Below, piece by piece: positions 24,100 through 37,159 of a DNA stretch of 47,390 nt. The notes under the pieces are model-generated. The model did no database searches and had not been told where the DNA came from. It worked only from the letters and a program-made list of their open reading frames with translations. Each line of letters begins with the position of its first letter. The first letter of the stretch is position 1. Made by a program: the position numbers and the translations under genes. The DNA is from Octopus bimaculoides (lineage: Eukaryota): contig NC_068995.1 in the NCBI RefSeq assembly GCF_001194135.2, positions 5,846,906 through 5,894,295 of the forward strand, written 5' to 3'.

Positions 24100-24972
24100 C
24101 GCCGCCTTCCAACGTCACACACACACACACACACACACACTCACTAGCATCCCCACATGCACATACTCTTTTTTTTCTCTTCACACGTACCAGCATCTGC
24201 ATCTCAATCGCCATCCTTACACGCGCAACAGCAAGTATACACCTACACCACACCACACCACCGCTGCTCAACCCTTACCACTTTTGTCGCTCTTGTGTTC
24301 TACCAAACACCTGTATCCATGATGAGAAACCTAACTTCGTCCAACAAAACACACATACTACATACATACATATATACAAGGTTCCATACACGCGTATACA
24401 CACGCACAAATACTAAATATATGTATGCCCACATTAGCTTCGTATACACACACATACCTCGTTCTTCGTACACATGCACTAGCTGACAACAGGGACACAC
24501 AACCGGTCACAAGCATAAAGACACGCAATATACACGCACACAATAGTGTCACGCATGTGTATTCACACATATGTATTCACGCCACACACACACACTCACA
24601 CACACACATGTCTCATAGTATCTGATAAAAACATATAATCAACAAATAATAACACACATACGCACACATGCTCAACGCACGCAGTAAACATACATATAAT
24701 AGCTTCATACACGCACGCTTGTAGAAACAGACACACACACGAACACAAACATACACACACACACACGAATACGTCTCATAGCCTCATACACATACATACG
24801 TCACATAGCCTCAAACACTCGTACACGCGTACACCTATTCACAAACTCACAAAGTATACGCGCAAACATTGCTTTTTATGCATATACATACACGCACATG
24901 CGCTTCCACGCACACACATGAACACACACACACTCATTAGCTTCAGACACATACACACGTATACGCACATAT

Positions 24973-25018
<46 letters not shown>

Positions 25019-25025
25019 ATACACA
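24100..25025. repeat. Degenerate (CA)/(CATA)-rich low-complexity region
   Basis: Direct reading. Confidence 0.85.
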
Positions 25026-25818
25026 CGCTGGGTCACAGATGTCTTCCTTGCGACCCACTCTTCAAGCCAATGTCTTCGTTCTTCAGTCATTTCAGCATGC
25101 GTTGACCATTTAATTCAGACTCGTGTTTTTTTCTTTATTATTTTTCTCTCCTCAACTATTCTTTCTGTACAAGAGCGTAGACTCGAAACATTAATGAATT
25201 CTTTAATTTCCTATGAGTGTCAAACTTATACACCTTGCTTGCTCTTTCACTTCGTCATTGTTCTTTGTAACCATGTATGTATGTATGTATGTATGTATGT
25301 ATGTATGTATATATGTATGTATGTGCAGATTTGTATGTTTAGATTTGTATGTTTCACGGACGTATGTATATATACATTCATGCATGCCTGCATGTATGTA
25401 TGTATGTATGTATGTACGTATGCAAGCGTGTATGAATGTATGTATGTGTAATGTTTAGGTTTTCATTTTCACCACGAATGTTAGCTTTTTGTCCCATACA
25501 CAAACATTTATAAATGTTCTTATAATACTGCGAAGGGGTAATATTGTATGTTTAACATTTTCTGTTTATATATCCTAAAGGAAACAAAATATTTAATTCT
25601 TTGAGATCACCAGTGTGTAAGTGTTGCAGTGCTTAAATTGGCTGTTAAGAGGATTGTCTCCAAGACAAGCACTGTTAGTACACACACTTGAAAATATGCA
25701 GTTGTTATTCTTGCCGTTTTAAAAATATTATGACAGTGATTTTCAATTTCTTTGACTTTTGCCACGCATGAAATCAAATAAAACAATTTTTCGCACACTG
25801 AAGATGAAACGCTAACAG

Positions 25819-25933
25819 TTACTGGTACACTGCACACAGGAAATTAAAAGTTCATGTGACTCTGTGCATAGGAAGTTAAGAATTACTGGACACTATGCAT
25901 GGGTAGTTGAAGATTGCTGGCACACTGCCTGTC
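25819..25933 (+). CDS. Candidate 115-nt exon (LLVHCTQEIKSSCDSVHRKLRITGHYAWVVEDCWHTAC)
   Basis: ctaacag acceptor, gtaagt donor, open frame, phase-compatible with 31199; poor pyrimidine tract. Confidence 0.18.
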
Positions 25934-26189
25934 GTAAGTTAAATAATAAATGACACAATATTTTAAATTGAAAATCACTGAGACAAGTGGATAAGTTTAA
26001 GCATCACATATCCGTAGCCGTGAATGATAGAAGGCAGAAGGCTGGATTGAAGTCTAGTACTATATGTGCTAGCATGAGAAGAGGAAAGATTTGGTCAAAA
26101 AGGAAAAGGATAACTCGTTATTTCAATTAAGCTTTTTGTGCGTATCATAACCTGGGGTCACCTATGGCCAAGATAGTTTGGTAATACAA

Positions 26190-26520
26190 ATGGCCTAAAT
26201 GGGGTTATTCAGAAGGGCTTCGGGAGTAATACTACTGCGCCGGGGGAGTAAAACGGAGTTTAGGGAGTCAGCCCAGGTCGAATCGCTACTTTTCTGCATT
26301 GCGAAGTCACAGCTCCGATACTACAGACATATAATGAGAATCTCGCAGGAAAAAATCGCAAGACGGATTCTTGAAGACCAAACAACTCGCAGGAGACCTA
26401 GATGTACACCAGTATTGAGATGGTTGGAGAATCTCCATAGTCTCGGTTGGTCCCGCTTGGAACACCTGCCAGAAAGGCTAATGACTGTTGCTTCTTATGC
26501 AAGAGGGGATGAGGGACTCT
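26190..26520 (+). mobile_element. RTE-clade LINE, C-terminal part of the RT ORF (relic)
   Basis: LFRRASGVILLRRGSKTEFRESAQVESLLFCIAKSQLRYYRHIMRISQEKIARRILE..RRRPRCTPVLRWLENL..LGW, matching the RTE pattern FLRRxxG..VEPLLxxIExSQLRWFGHxxRM..GxRPRGRPxxRW. Confidence 0.88.
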
Positions 26521-26957
26521 ATTCCTACAACGTTCCCAGGAATTGTGGGAAAAGTAGATGGCTGGAATTCATAAAATGTCTTTGATCATGAGTATGTTCA
26601 ATGTGATCTAAACTGGAGCTAAATAATGCACTACAACAGTGAAATCCACGGAGATGAAAACCTGCAGAAATATAATTTAATTTCCTTGCACCCACCACTA
26701 CTATATTTCGAAAGCCCTTATTATCGCTTGGTCGACTTCTCGGTATTACTATTGTTGTTGCTTAGCCCCAGGCCACCGCTGATCGATCAGGCTGGTGATT
26801 ACTGACATTCCGCCAAACAGCTATTTACGATCAAATTATATAATATGTGCGTGCTATAGGCTCCGGTTAAGGTTTATAGCAAGCCGAGTGACAACAGAGC
26901 GGCTCCTTCTCTGGTTTAAGGTAATAATTGTGTCAAACAGGGCGACGTACTAATTCT

Positions 26958-27190
26958 TATTTCGTTATTGCCCACAAAGGGCTAAACATAGATCGGACAA
27001 ACAAGGACAGACAAAGGGATTAAGTCGATTACATCGACCCAGTGCGTAACTGGTACTTAATTTATCGACCCCGAAAGGATGAAAGGCAAAGTCGACCTCG
27101 GCGGAATTTGAACTCAGAACGTAACAGCAGACGAAATACCGCTAAGCATTTCGCCCAGCCTGCTAACGATTCTTCAAGCTCGCCGCCTTT
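26958..27190 (-). mobile_element. Full-length SINE family A, A2 tail, with 18-bp target-site duplication
   Basis: Complete head, core and tail; GGGCG(A/G)CGTACTAATTCT at 26940-26957 and 27191-27208. Confidence 0.95.
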
Positions 27191-27568
27191 GGGCGGCGTA
27201 CTAATTCTACCATTCATCGATTCAAGTAGGGCCCGTGATAGCGTCTTAATATTAAAAACATCGTTGCATATTACATCAAGGAGACGCTCGCTGAAGCTGA
27301 TCATAGAACTAAACAAGATGACATTGTTGTTGTTTTAAGCCGACTAACGTATTAATCCTACTGTTCTGTGGCTCGTCATTAATAAATTTCTGTCCCGAAG
27401 AAGTACACCGTATTGAATGTTTGGTATGAATCCAGTTGGTGTTGGCCTTTAAGAAATCAGATATCGATGATTAACAAACACTCAGCTTAACGTGCTGATT
27501 ATTAATTAAGTTATAAATCAGTAAAGCAAGGTTTAAATCTAAATCACGCGCGCAATATAAGTGAATGG

Positions 27569-27702
27569 ATTCTTCTTCTTCTTCTTCTTCTTCTTCTTCT
27601 TCTTCTTCTTCTTCTTCTTCTTCTTCTTCTTCTTCTTCTTCTTCTTCTTGTTCTTCTTCTTGTTCTTCTTCTTCTTCTTCTTCTTCTTCTTCCTCCTCCT
27701 CC
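27569..27702. repeat. (TTC)n/(GAA)n trinucleotide tract
   Basis: Direct reading; source of the poly-E and poly-F ORFs. Confidence 0.97.
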
Positions 27703-27819
27703 TTGTTTTCCTCTTTTTTTATGTGCACATGATTTTATTTTTGTTTCAGTTTTATAACATCTTCATGGCACTTGACGAATGAAATACACCATCGCCATTT
27801 TCCTCATCGTCATCACAAT

Positions 27820-28065
27820 CATATCACGATCGTCCTCGTCATCGTCGTCGTCATCATCATCATCATCATCATCAGGAACAGCAACAATAATCTGTGCCAC
27901 TATCGTTTTCTTCGAAATTGTGACTATCAAGAACCTTACATCGCCTACACTACCACCATCATTGTCGAGTTACTATTACCGTCATCATGATCATCATCAT
28001 CATGATCATCATCATCATCACTATCGTCATCATAAATATCATCACCGTCGATATCACTATCATCA
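27820..28065. repeat. Degenerate (CAT)/(CGT)n
   Basis: Direct reading. Confidence 0.9.
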
Positions 28066-30214
28066 TATTTTAATATTTCTTTTAATTTAATTTTAATAAT
28101 TTACAGTAGTTTATTATTATTATTATTTATTTCCCTTTTGTCGTTGTTTTTAATTAAACTCAAAAAAGAAAGACAGAAAGAAAGAAAGAAAGAAAGAAAG
28201 TATCTTTTGTTTTTGTGAGTGACACAAGCTATAAAAGATAACGGAAATGGTTAACCAAAATTCTATAGTGAAATAGAAACAGGCGTAAAAATAAACATAT
28301 ATACATTAATATCAGAGAAAAATGAAGAGAAAAGCATGTTAGAGAGTGAAGTATGGAACGAAAGGAAAAAGGGAAACATCAACACAACAATCCATAGAAA
28401 TTTTGGAAATAACTAAATAAATATGAACAAGTTTGTTAAGACGTCAATTTTTCAGAATATTTTATTGAAACCTTCAGGAGGACGATAATCTCAAGGCAGT
28501 TATTTAATTTAGAATTGATTTAAAAATCTGGACAGATCTGCTTGTGTTGTTGTTGTTGTAGACAATATATTAAATATAACCTTAAGTGTCTGGTTTATTA
28601 TTTTTATGTTGTTGTTGTTGTTATTGTTATTACTATTACAATAACAACAAAAACAACAACAGTAAGCAACAACAACTACAATTATTATTAACATCTATAT
28701 AATTAATTATCATTATTGTTTTCATTATATATTGAGTAGAATTTTTACTATCAACATCGCCATCATCATCATCGTCATCATCACCATCCTCCTCCTTCAC
28801 CTCCTCCTCCTCCACATCATCATTATTACCATCATTATAGTTATTAATATTATTATTATTAATATTCTTTTTATTATTATTATTGATATTATTATAATTA
28901 TTATCATTACTATTGTTATCATTATTATTATTGTTGTTCTGGTTGCTGTTATAGATTTATTATTATTATATTTACATTTCTCCGTTTGATGAACACATTA
29001 TAGATATTGGATTATTAATAAGTAACACGAAACATTCTAATGGTTATCAACAAATAAGTAAATTGATAAATATATATAAATATATATATATATATACTTT
29101 ATTTATATATATATATATATATATATNNNNNNNNNNNNNNNNNNNNNNNNNNNNNNNNNNNNNNNNNNNNNNNNNNNNNNNNNNNNNNNNNNNNNNNNNN
29201 NNNNNNNNNNNNNNNNNNNNNNNNNNNNNNNNNNNNNNNNNNNNNNNNNNNNNNNNNNNNNNNNNNNNNNNNNNNNNNNNNNNNNNNNNNNNNNNNNNNN
29301 NNNNNNNNNNNNNNNNNNNNNNNNNNNNNNNNNNNNNNNNNNNNNNNNNNNNNNNNNNNNNNNNNNNNNNNNNNNNNNNNNNNNNNNNNNNNNNNNNNNN
29401 NNNNNNNNNNNNNNNNNNNNNNNNNNNNNNNNNNNNNNNNNNNNNNNNNNNNNNNNNNNNNNNNNNNNNNNNNNNNNNNNNNNNNNNNNNNNNNNNNNNN
29501 NNNNNNNNNNNNNNNNNNNNNNNNNNNNNNNNNNNNNNNNNNNNNNNNNNNNNAAAGTGTAGTATATTGCCACTTATGTGTGGCTGACCCCTAGGGGTGG
29601 ATGTTACTGTTGCTTTTAGCCCCAGGAGGACATCTCCTCCAGCTGGCTTATCGACACACGACTGTGTCCTGTTTGCCAAGGGAAGTTATCCCTCTCACCA
29701 CGATCTGCAGCACGAACGGATCCGGATTTCAGGGTTATTTCCCTTCGTCGACGTTCGATAGCTACTGACCTTGGCGTCTCTCTCGCGAGCTCGTCGCCTT
29801 AACAATAATATCATCATCAACAACAACATCGACAATAATCATGATGATCGCATAATGAAGGTGAAGACGACGCCGACGACGACGAAAATGATGGTGACGC
29901 CGATGACGATGAAGATGATAATAACGACGTTGTTGAACAAAAAAATGTCATGTAATAAATCAACAAAACCTATAATTTGCTAATGGATGACATATTTCTG
30001 GGAAATTATGTCTAACGACTCCTGTGCCCAATTTCAAGGCATCGCCGCTTAATTTTTTCAAGAAATATGGCCACATGAATTATTTTACGTTAAAGCACAA
30101 ACATGTCTGAAATTTTAGGAAAGAAACAATTATGAAGATGACAATGGGGATAATAACATTCATAATAATAGAAATTTTGATGAAGATAATAGAAATAAAA
30201 ATAAAAAAAACTAA

Positions 30215-30250
30215 TAATGACGATGATGATGCTGATAATAATGATGATGG

Positions 30251-30281
<31 letters not shown>

Positions 30282-30345
30282 AATTATGTTGACGATAATG
30301 GTAATGATGATGATGATAATGATGACAACAAAAACAATACTAATA

Positions 30346-30424
<79 letters not shown>

Positions 30425-30438
30425 CAACAACAACAACG
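30215..30438. repeat. Compound (GAT)n-(AAT)n-(AAC)n
   Basis: Direct reading. Confidence 0.95.
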
Positions 30439-30748
30439 ACATTTTCTGTTCTTTTTAAGAATATTGAGAAGAAGAATAGTTGAAGTGGGGGGGGGGGGGT
30501 AACATCATTTTAGTCAATTTGTCATATTTTATATTTTCATAAGTGAATGACATAATTGGTGGGAAGCATATTAGCTTCTCCTTGACATGAACGTTTCTCA
30601 AATTTGATTGGCTGACAACCGTAGATGTCGTTAATTGTTGCAGTGTTTTCAGAGTAGATGGTTCAATGTAATAGATGTGCAATCGATCTGTACTACAACG
30701 TTCTCTACTCGACTTTACAATTGAATTGCTAAATTTTCCTTTCGATAT

Positions 30749-30848
30749 TGGCGTAGGAGAGGCTGATCGGTAAGAAACTTGCTTCCTAAGCGCCTGGGTC
30801 TAGTTTAAGTCTCACTCTAATATCGAGGTCTCATTCATTTGTTGTTAC

Positions 30849-30914
<66 letters not shown>

Positions 30915-30927
30915 GTGTATGTATAGT

Positions 30928-30967
<40 letters not shown>

Positions 30968-31166
30968 CGCGTGTGTCTCTTTGTGTCTATATTTGTCCCC
31001 TATACCGCTTGACAACCAATGTAGGTGTGTTTCACGATCCCGTTACTTAGCCGTTCGACAATAGGAGACCGAGAGCATAAGCACTAGTCTTTAAAAAAGT
31101 AACCTTCAACGTAGCGCCCCAGCATGGCCGAGGCCAAATAACTGAAACAGATATAAAATAAAAGAC
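30749..31166 (+). mobile_element. SINE family B, diverged, with (TTA)n/(TA)n replacing the middle
   Basis: GGCGTAGGAGAGGCTG..GGTAAGAAACTTGCTTCC head; tail TTTGTCCCC..CCGCTTGACAACC..CCCCAGCATGGCCG..ACTGAAACAG. Confidence 0.75.
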
Positions 31167-31198
31167 ATTTTTAATCAAAAAATGATCCTTTGTTTCAG

Positions 31199-31397
31199 GT
31201 CTCGAAACTTACCCATTTGTACCCGACAATGCCCCTGCAAATATCTTAAGCCCTGACTGTTCACATCGTACAAAAGTACACCCTATGATATCTAAACCTT
31301 TCATACCTTCACTTGTGTCTGATTCGATGCTGGACGGAATCTATTGTGTTTCCACTTGCTATTATCCCAGCGGAAGAACCTTAGATAATGTAGTCTG
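31199..31397 (+). CDS. Best candidate coding exon, 199 nt (LETYPFVPDNAPANILSPDCSHRTKVHPMISKPFIPSLVSDSMLDGIYCVSTCYYPSGRTLDNVV-W), product unknown
   Basis: Acceptor tcctttgtttcag, donor CTG|gtatgt, 65 stop-free codons in one frame only, higher GC than the surroundings, complex non-repetitive sequence. Confidence 0.4.
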
Positions 31398-31767
31398 GTA
31401 TGTGATGAGATGGTCACGGCTGAATTGTCACATCATTTATCATATGCATCTTCAATCTGGTAACTATTACACCTTACAGCTGAGTTAAATGTAATTGATA
31501 ATGACAGCAGCATCAGCCACAATTTTTGTACTCCCTTACTTCCTCCAATTCATAGGAGAATGAGAGTCGTTTTAGCATTTTAAATTTGAGATATGGAGCA
31601 AATATGAGGGGAAAATGTGCATTCTGTTTTTATGCGTTCGATTCGATATTAGACGGTTGTTGCTAGAGAGATGACTCGACATAAATATCACTGACTAATT
31701 ATACTTTTGTCAACAGAGATGCGTGTGAGGAAAAGTGTGTGCATACATTTGTTTGTGTGTGTGTGAG

Positions 31768-32158
31768 GGAGAGAGCGAGAGAGATAGAGAGAGAAAGAGA
31801 GATATAGCGAGAAAGAGAAAGAGAGAGAGAGAGAGCAAGACAGAGCGAGAGAGAGAGAAAAGTGTGAGAGAGAAATAAATGGGAGAGAGAGCAGTAGAAA
31901 GTGCGGTAGAGAGGGAGAGAGAGACAGAGGGAGAAAACAGAGAGAGAAAGAGAAAGAATGGGAGAGAAACATAAAGAATGAGAGAGAGAGAGAAAGAGAA
32001 AGAGCGAGAGAAAGAGTGGGAGAAAGGGAGAAGGAGTGAGAGAAAGAAAGAATGAGAGAGAGGGGGAGTAAGGGACAGATAGAAGGAGAAAGAAAGAGAT
32101 AGATAGAGAGAGAGATAGAGATTGAGAGAGACAGAGATAAAGAGAGTGAGAGAGAATG
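31768..32158. repeat. About 390-bp degenerate (GA)n polypurine tract
   Basis: Direct reading. Confidence 0.95.
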
Positions 32159-35100
32159 ATTGTTACAGTCACTCTTAAAGGAAGTCGTGATTTGAAATCA
32201 TTCTTCCAGAGTTAAGAAAATTTATAGAATTAGAATGTTGGACTGAAGCTCGTAGACTGTGTCCTACCCCAAATGTGTGGCTTTGTGACTTTCTGAGAAA
32301 CCTCTGTATGAAGAATCGTAGACGAAATAAGTTGATAGAATATTAATGAAGTAATTTCGAATGGTCGGAAATAGGAATTTCCGATTCGCTAGTGTCACAT
32401 TTCGTAAATTGTGAAAACTGGAGTATGAAAGTGTGCTGAGAAATATCTCCACCACCACCACAGCTTTCAACACCACTACAACCATGACCACCACGACCAT
32501 CACGACCAGCATCACCACCATCGCCACCATAGCCACTACAGAGAACGATACGATAATTAAAGTTGGTGAATTATCTCGAGTCTTCAAGCACAAGTTTCTC
32601 AGTCATCTTATCATCTGTTGCACCGAGTAAAAAGGAGAAGAACGAATGTAGCAGAGATAGAGTTCTACATATTTTAGAAAGGGGTGTAGCTGATTATTTT
32701 GACCTCAGTACATGACTGGTATGGACCAATGCCCAATGAAAAGCGAGATCCTTCTCAGCTGTATTTGAAAATAGAAAGAAAAGACACGCAGCTCACTATT
32801 ACATGTCATGTTGTCTGCCGCTCTGTTGATTGTCTTAGTGAACAGAAGCGAGAACAAAAGACAGAGACAGAAAGAAGCTGGTTATATGATGATTTGTAAA
32901 GAGTGAAGGATATAAAAGAAAAAAGAGAAAACAAGATGAAAGTCCCTGAACCTGAAATGGTGAATTTGAGCAGCAAAGTAACTTTAATCCATCAATCGAA
33001 GTTATAAAATGGCGTTCAGTTAAAAAGCAATTTCAAAATTGTTAAAATCTAATGAAAACACGATATTCTAAGAATTAAAAATCTAATTTGAAATAAAATT
33101 GCAGCCTCTCTCATAGAGAAGAAGATTGATGACCCAATAATGGTTCCTTGTTGATCATAATTATTATGTCGAGTAACCAGAGAAGGACATTTTGGTTGAT
33201 GTGAACGGATTAAAATGCATCGTAAACTTCTTTAGACGAGAGAAAATGGCTGCTAGTGTTCATGTCAACCGTTTGCTATCACTCACAGCACTGAAATGTT
33301 TAAAGAAATATCTAAATGTCGGAATGTTCTACTATGATGCCAAAGAAATTGCGTTATTCATAAATGTTTTATACAGGAAAATTATTCATGTGTTTCTGAC
33401 ACCCCAAACGTTATAGCAAATGGAGAAATAAAAAAAAAACAGGAGAGTTTATGTAAGAAAATCGATAGCTTTAATATCGACACATCGGCCTTAAAATATC
33501 GTTATTAATGCAACTTATATTGAAACATCTATCTGAAAGACTAGCCACACAGGCAATATCTTCGTGTTCGAATCGCATGCTAGAAATAGCGTCAAAATCT
33601 TCCTCAAATTACACTCTTCTGCCCTCAGAAAATATTCTTCCTCCATAATATTTATTTTTCTTATGTGGTTATTTGTGGCTTAGTTTGTTACAGCCATATG
33701 TGTTAAGGTCATGTTGTAGCTATTTAATCTCAGTTCAGGTTTCTATGTACTGTTTGAAGTGAACACTGTATGGTTAGGATTCCAACAATTTTGCTCGACA
33801 TCTTAGTATAGATGGCACCAAATGTCGTTACATCAACAAATTGATGGATTCTGCCACGCTTTTACAAATGATGCTAACAAAAAGAAAAACAACAAAAGAC
33901 TATTCAATAACAACTTATAAAAGTAAGTTAAAAGTAAAATGAAGTACGTCTACTTTATCCTGACAGCACTCAACAGATGTTAATGAAATCGGAAGTTTGC
34001 AATCCAGGCATGCTGTATCATCAAACAACAAACTTATACCAAAAATTCATTCGTCACTTATTCACCCAGAGCAACATGTCAAATAGGCCATTTTTTTTAA
34101 TTGCAAACAGATATGGATCTGAGATTCACAGACCCAGACATAGCAAGTTTTTTTTTACCAGGTTTTCTTTAACGGAACAATAGTTGGATGTACAACGCAA
34201 ATACCGATGATACACTAGTCTCTACCGCTGACATTTAGCGCTGTTACAGTAAATGTCCGCAACAGCGGGCTTCCCACACCGTTTCGCTTGATTTCTAATC
34301 AAAGAATTCTGCTCAAAACACCGCGTAATGTATAAGCTCTTGAATGTTAGGCCAATAATATTTGAACAAACACCTCTGTCTAAACTGATGTCACCAGTCT
34401 TTTTAGGCGCTCGGTTTGGATGGAGTTAATGTGACAAGACTGCGTATTCACCTTTCATTGGAAAATTGGTGAAAAAATCATATTAGGCACCACCATTGTA
34501 TGTTTGCCAGATCAAATGTTGTCGATAACGCTATCTCTGCTTTATTGGCATTAAAGAAAGAAAAAGACAACATGATTAATAAATATATCATCTTGATTGG
34601 CAATTCGCTTTTTCAACCGGTGCCTGGAGACAATCGGCGCCAGCAGATTCTCAAATATGAACTTTATTTCTGAACTTAAAATAACCAAAGCAACCAGAGA
34701 GGCACAGGAGTATTGGCAATGTATTAATATAAGACATCAGTACTTAGACTCTATCCATGAATATACAAAAGTGGTGCCCATTTAAAGCAAGTCTAGTGTT
34801 AGAAATGATGGTTATTTGAGAGAATATTTCCATATCCCACTGTAAATGATTTCATAATTTGTTTTTGTCTAAGTTCACATCTGATCGAGATAAGAACTAC
34901 AACAATTTAATCGTGTCTTTCCTATCTTAGTGTCAAGAATAGAACCTTTGGTACCATATTATGAGCAATAGTGCATTAGATACCTTATTACCAGGGATAA
35001 TATATCTGCTACCATATTATCAGGGATGGCACATCTGGTGCCGTATTAACAGCGATGGCACATCTAGTAACATATCGTCAAATGTTTCCTGCCGATTTCA

Positions 35101-35181
35101 AGAGAGAATGATTTGGCAGCTATCACTAGCAGATGAAGGAGGGGGGGCACAGAGGGGCAACGTTGATGGCTGTCAATGGAG

Positions 35182-35482
35182 TGAAGGCGCATGGCTTAGT
35201 GACTCAAGGTGGTGAGTTTGATTCCTGGCGTCGAGTTGCCCTTGAGCAAGACACTTTATTTCACGCTGCTCCAGTTCACTCAACTAGCAAAAGTGAGTTG
35301 TACCTGTAATACAAAGGGACCAGTCTCGTCATATTCTTTGTCACGCTTACTCTTTCTGCGAACTCCATTAAACTCACGTGTGTCTGTGGAAGCCTCAGCC
35401 ACTTGCACGTTAATTTCACGAGGATGCTGTTCCGTTGATCGAATGAAATGGATCCCTCGTCCTCGTAACCGACGGAGTGGCA
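35182..35482 (+). mobile_element. tRNA-derived SINE family C with target-site duplication
   Basis: GAAGGCGCATGGCTTAGTG A box, GAGTTTGATTCC B box, CCCTTGAGCAAGACACTTTA core-like motif, distinct tail; GG(C/T)TGTCA(A/G)TGGAG at 35168-35181 and 35483-35496. Confidence 0.85.
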
Positions 35483-36862
35483 GGTTGTCAGTGGAGAAAA
35501 CAATGTGACATCAACACAGCTGTGGAAGTCATTGCCTTTTAAGACAGTATACGTTATTCTAAAAGAGTTCGTCTTATTGTTGGGAATAGACACCATATTT
35601 TCTGTGGAAAGATCAATAGGTTCCCTCGTCCAATGATATCTCCGTTCGCAAAAGATCAAACAATTGTCAATATTTATCGTTTTTGTGACGTAAAATCAAT
35701 AAATATCTCTCTCGTTATTCATTTTTATTTCATTTTGTCTGTTCAGTCAGAGTTAATATCCGCTGGAGTCGATTTAGCAGTTCATCGCTTGGAATTCTAT
35801 AAAACAATTCTGTATTTCAGCAATATACTGTAATAATTCCATTGGTTGTTGCTCTTCATTACATAAATTTGCATTGAGAATATGTGAAAGGTCAATAATA
35901 TTGCGATATGTTTCATTATGCTTAATTCTAATAACTTTGAAGAAAGAAACGGACCACTGCCTGTTACATTCTTCTGCTGGAGCTTGGTAGAATGTTAATG
36001 GATGTTGTCTCGCAATCATTTAGAACAGGGTTCGACTCCATTGCACGATGCCTCGTTCATTTCTTCTTCATAATAGCCTCAAGTCAATTAATGTCTTACG
36101 TGTAAAACATGGTCAACAGAAATTGATTGAGAGGCTCTGAATTGGTGATGGATTCAATCTATCGTTTGTTTACCACTGGTATCTCTCTGTCTCCTTTGTA
36201 ACTCATTAGCCGAACGCATTAATTTACTGCAAGCATTAATATCAGACGTAAAGTTATCAAGAATATCATCCCTTGTTCTTGTAAGTTTCAGACTCCATTC
36301 AATTAGCGACAGAAATCTCCCTCTAATTTTTCTCTTACTCTCTATGACATCTGTACCCGTTCAGTTGATTCTCTATCTGCCATACATATCCTCGACCACA
36401 GCTGACTTAGGGTTATATAACATAACAACTGGAAAATTTTCTGTGACGATCCAGTTACGCATTAAATATTTCAGAAATGCGTGAAATGTACTAAACAAAA
36501 GATTTCGGAAATGTGTGAAAACTACGAAATACGACATTTAATATGATTTCAGATTTACGGAAGAAGAAACTGTAATATTTTCTCAGATACATTATTCACG
36601 TAAATGAATGATTTGGCTGACACTGGTAACGGAGAGTCGGAGCAGTAAAGGCTTACTCTTACGACGACGGCACGATGTTTGATTACGATAAATCTTGGTC
36701 ATTGGTAAGGAAAATAGGTAAATAAGAGAATCGGTCCTCATTGAAAGTCAGTAAGTCGGAGATAATTTACAAGGAAATGAATGCCAAATGTTGAAGGTGT
36801 GATCTGGCAGTTCATTAAATGAGAACTGCAGGACTGTGAAAAATACGCTTTTCCATCTTGTT

Positions 36863-36887
36863 GGGTTAGGGTTAGGGTTAGGGTTAG
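36863..36887 (+). repeat. Interstitial telomere-like (TTAGGG)3+
   Basis: GGGTTAGGGTTAGGGTTAGGGTTAG. Confidence 0.85.
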
Positions 36888-37108
36888 TTGAGTTCGACAA
36901 TCATGTAGAAGCCAAACAGTGGTCTTTCCAGTAATGATTGGCTAACACGTTTAGTTTTTGGCAAAATTCCCGATCAATTGGAGACCTACTGAAACATAGC
37001 AAAACTATTGAAAACATTGGAAACATCCAATTTTCTCTGATATGAACAATAACCACCGTCACACGCGCGAACGCTCTCATTTATGTATATATATATATTT
37101 ATGTGTGA

Positions 37109-37159
<51 letters not shown>

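Noticed and set aside
27042-27338. ORFs resembling each other (NWYLIYRPRKDERQSR.. at 1575, 27042, 38339, 42465)
   Set aside because: The similarity comes from the shared SINE core read antisense, not from a protein family.
26750-29700. Shared TGTTG..TTAGCCCCAGG motif at about 26752 and 29607, and TTCTGTTTTTATGCGTT at about 1375 and 31622
   Set aside because: Probably pieces of further interspersed repeats, but too short to delimit or classify from this window.
31275-31425. Alternative minus-strand exon (VTISSHTRLHYLRFFRWDNSKWKHNRFRPASNQTQVK) overlapping the best + candidate
   Set aside because: Its acceptor lacks a pyrimidine tract and the + reading has better signals and a longer frame; not fully excluded.
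32433-32630. Thr-rich mucin-like ORF
   Set aside because: Derived from a degenerate (ACC)n microsatellite, with no splice support.
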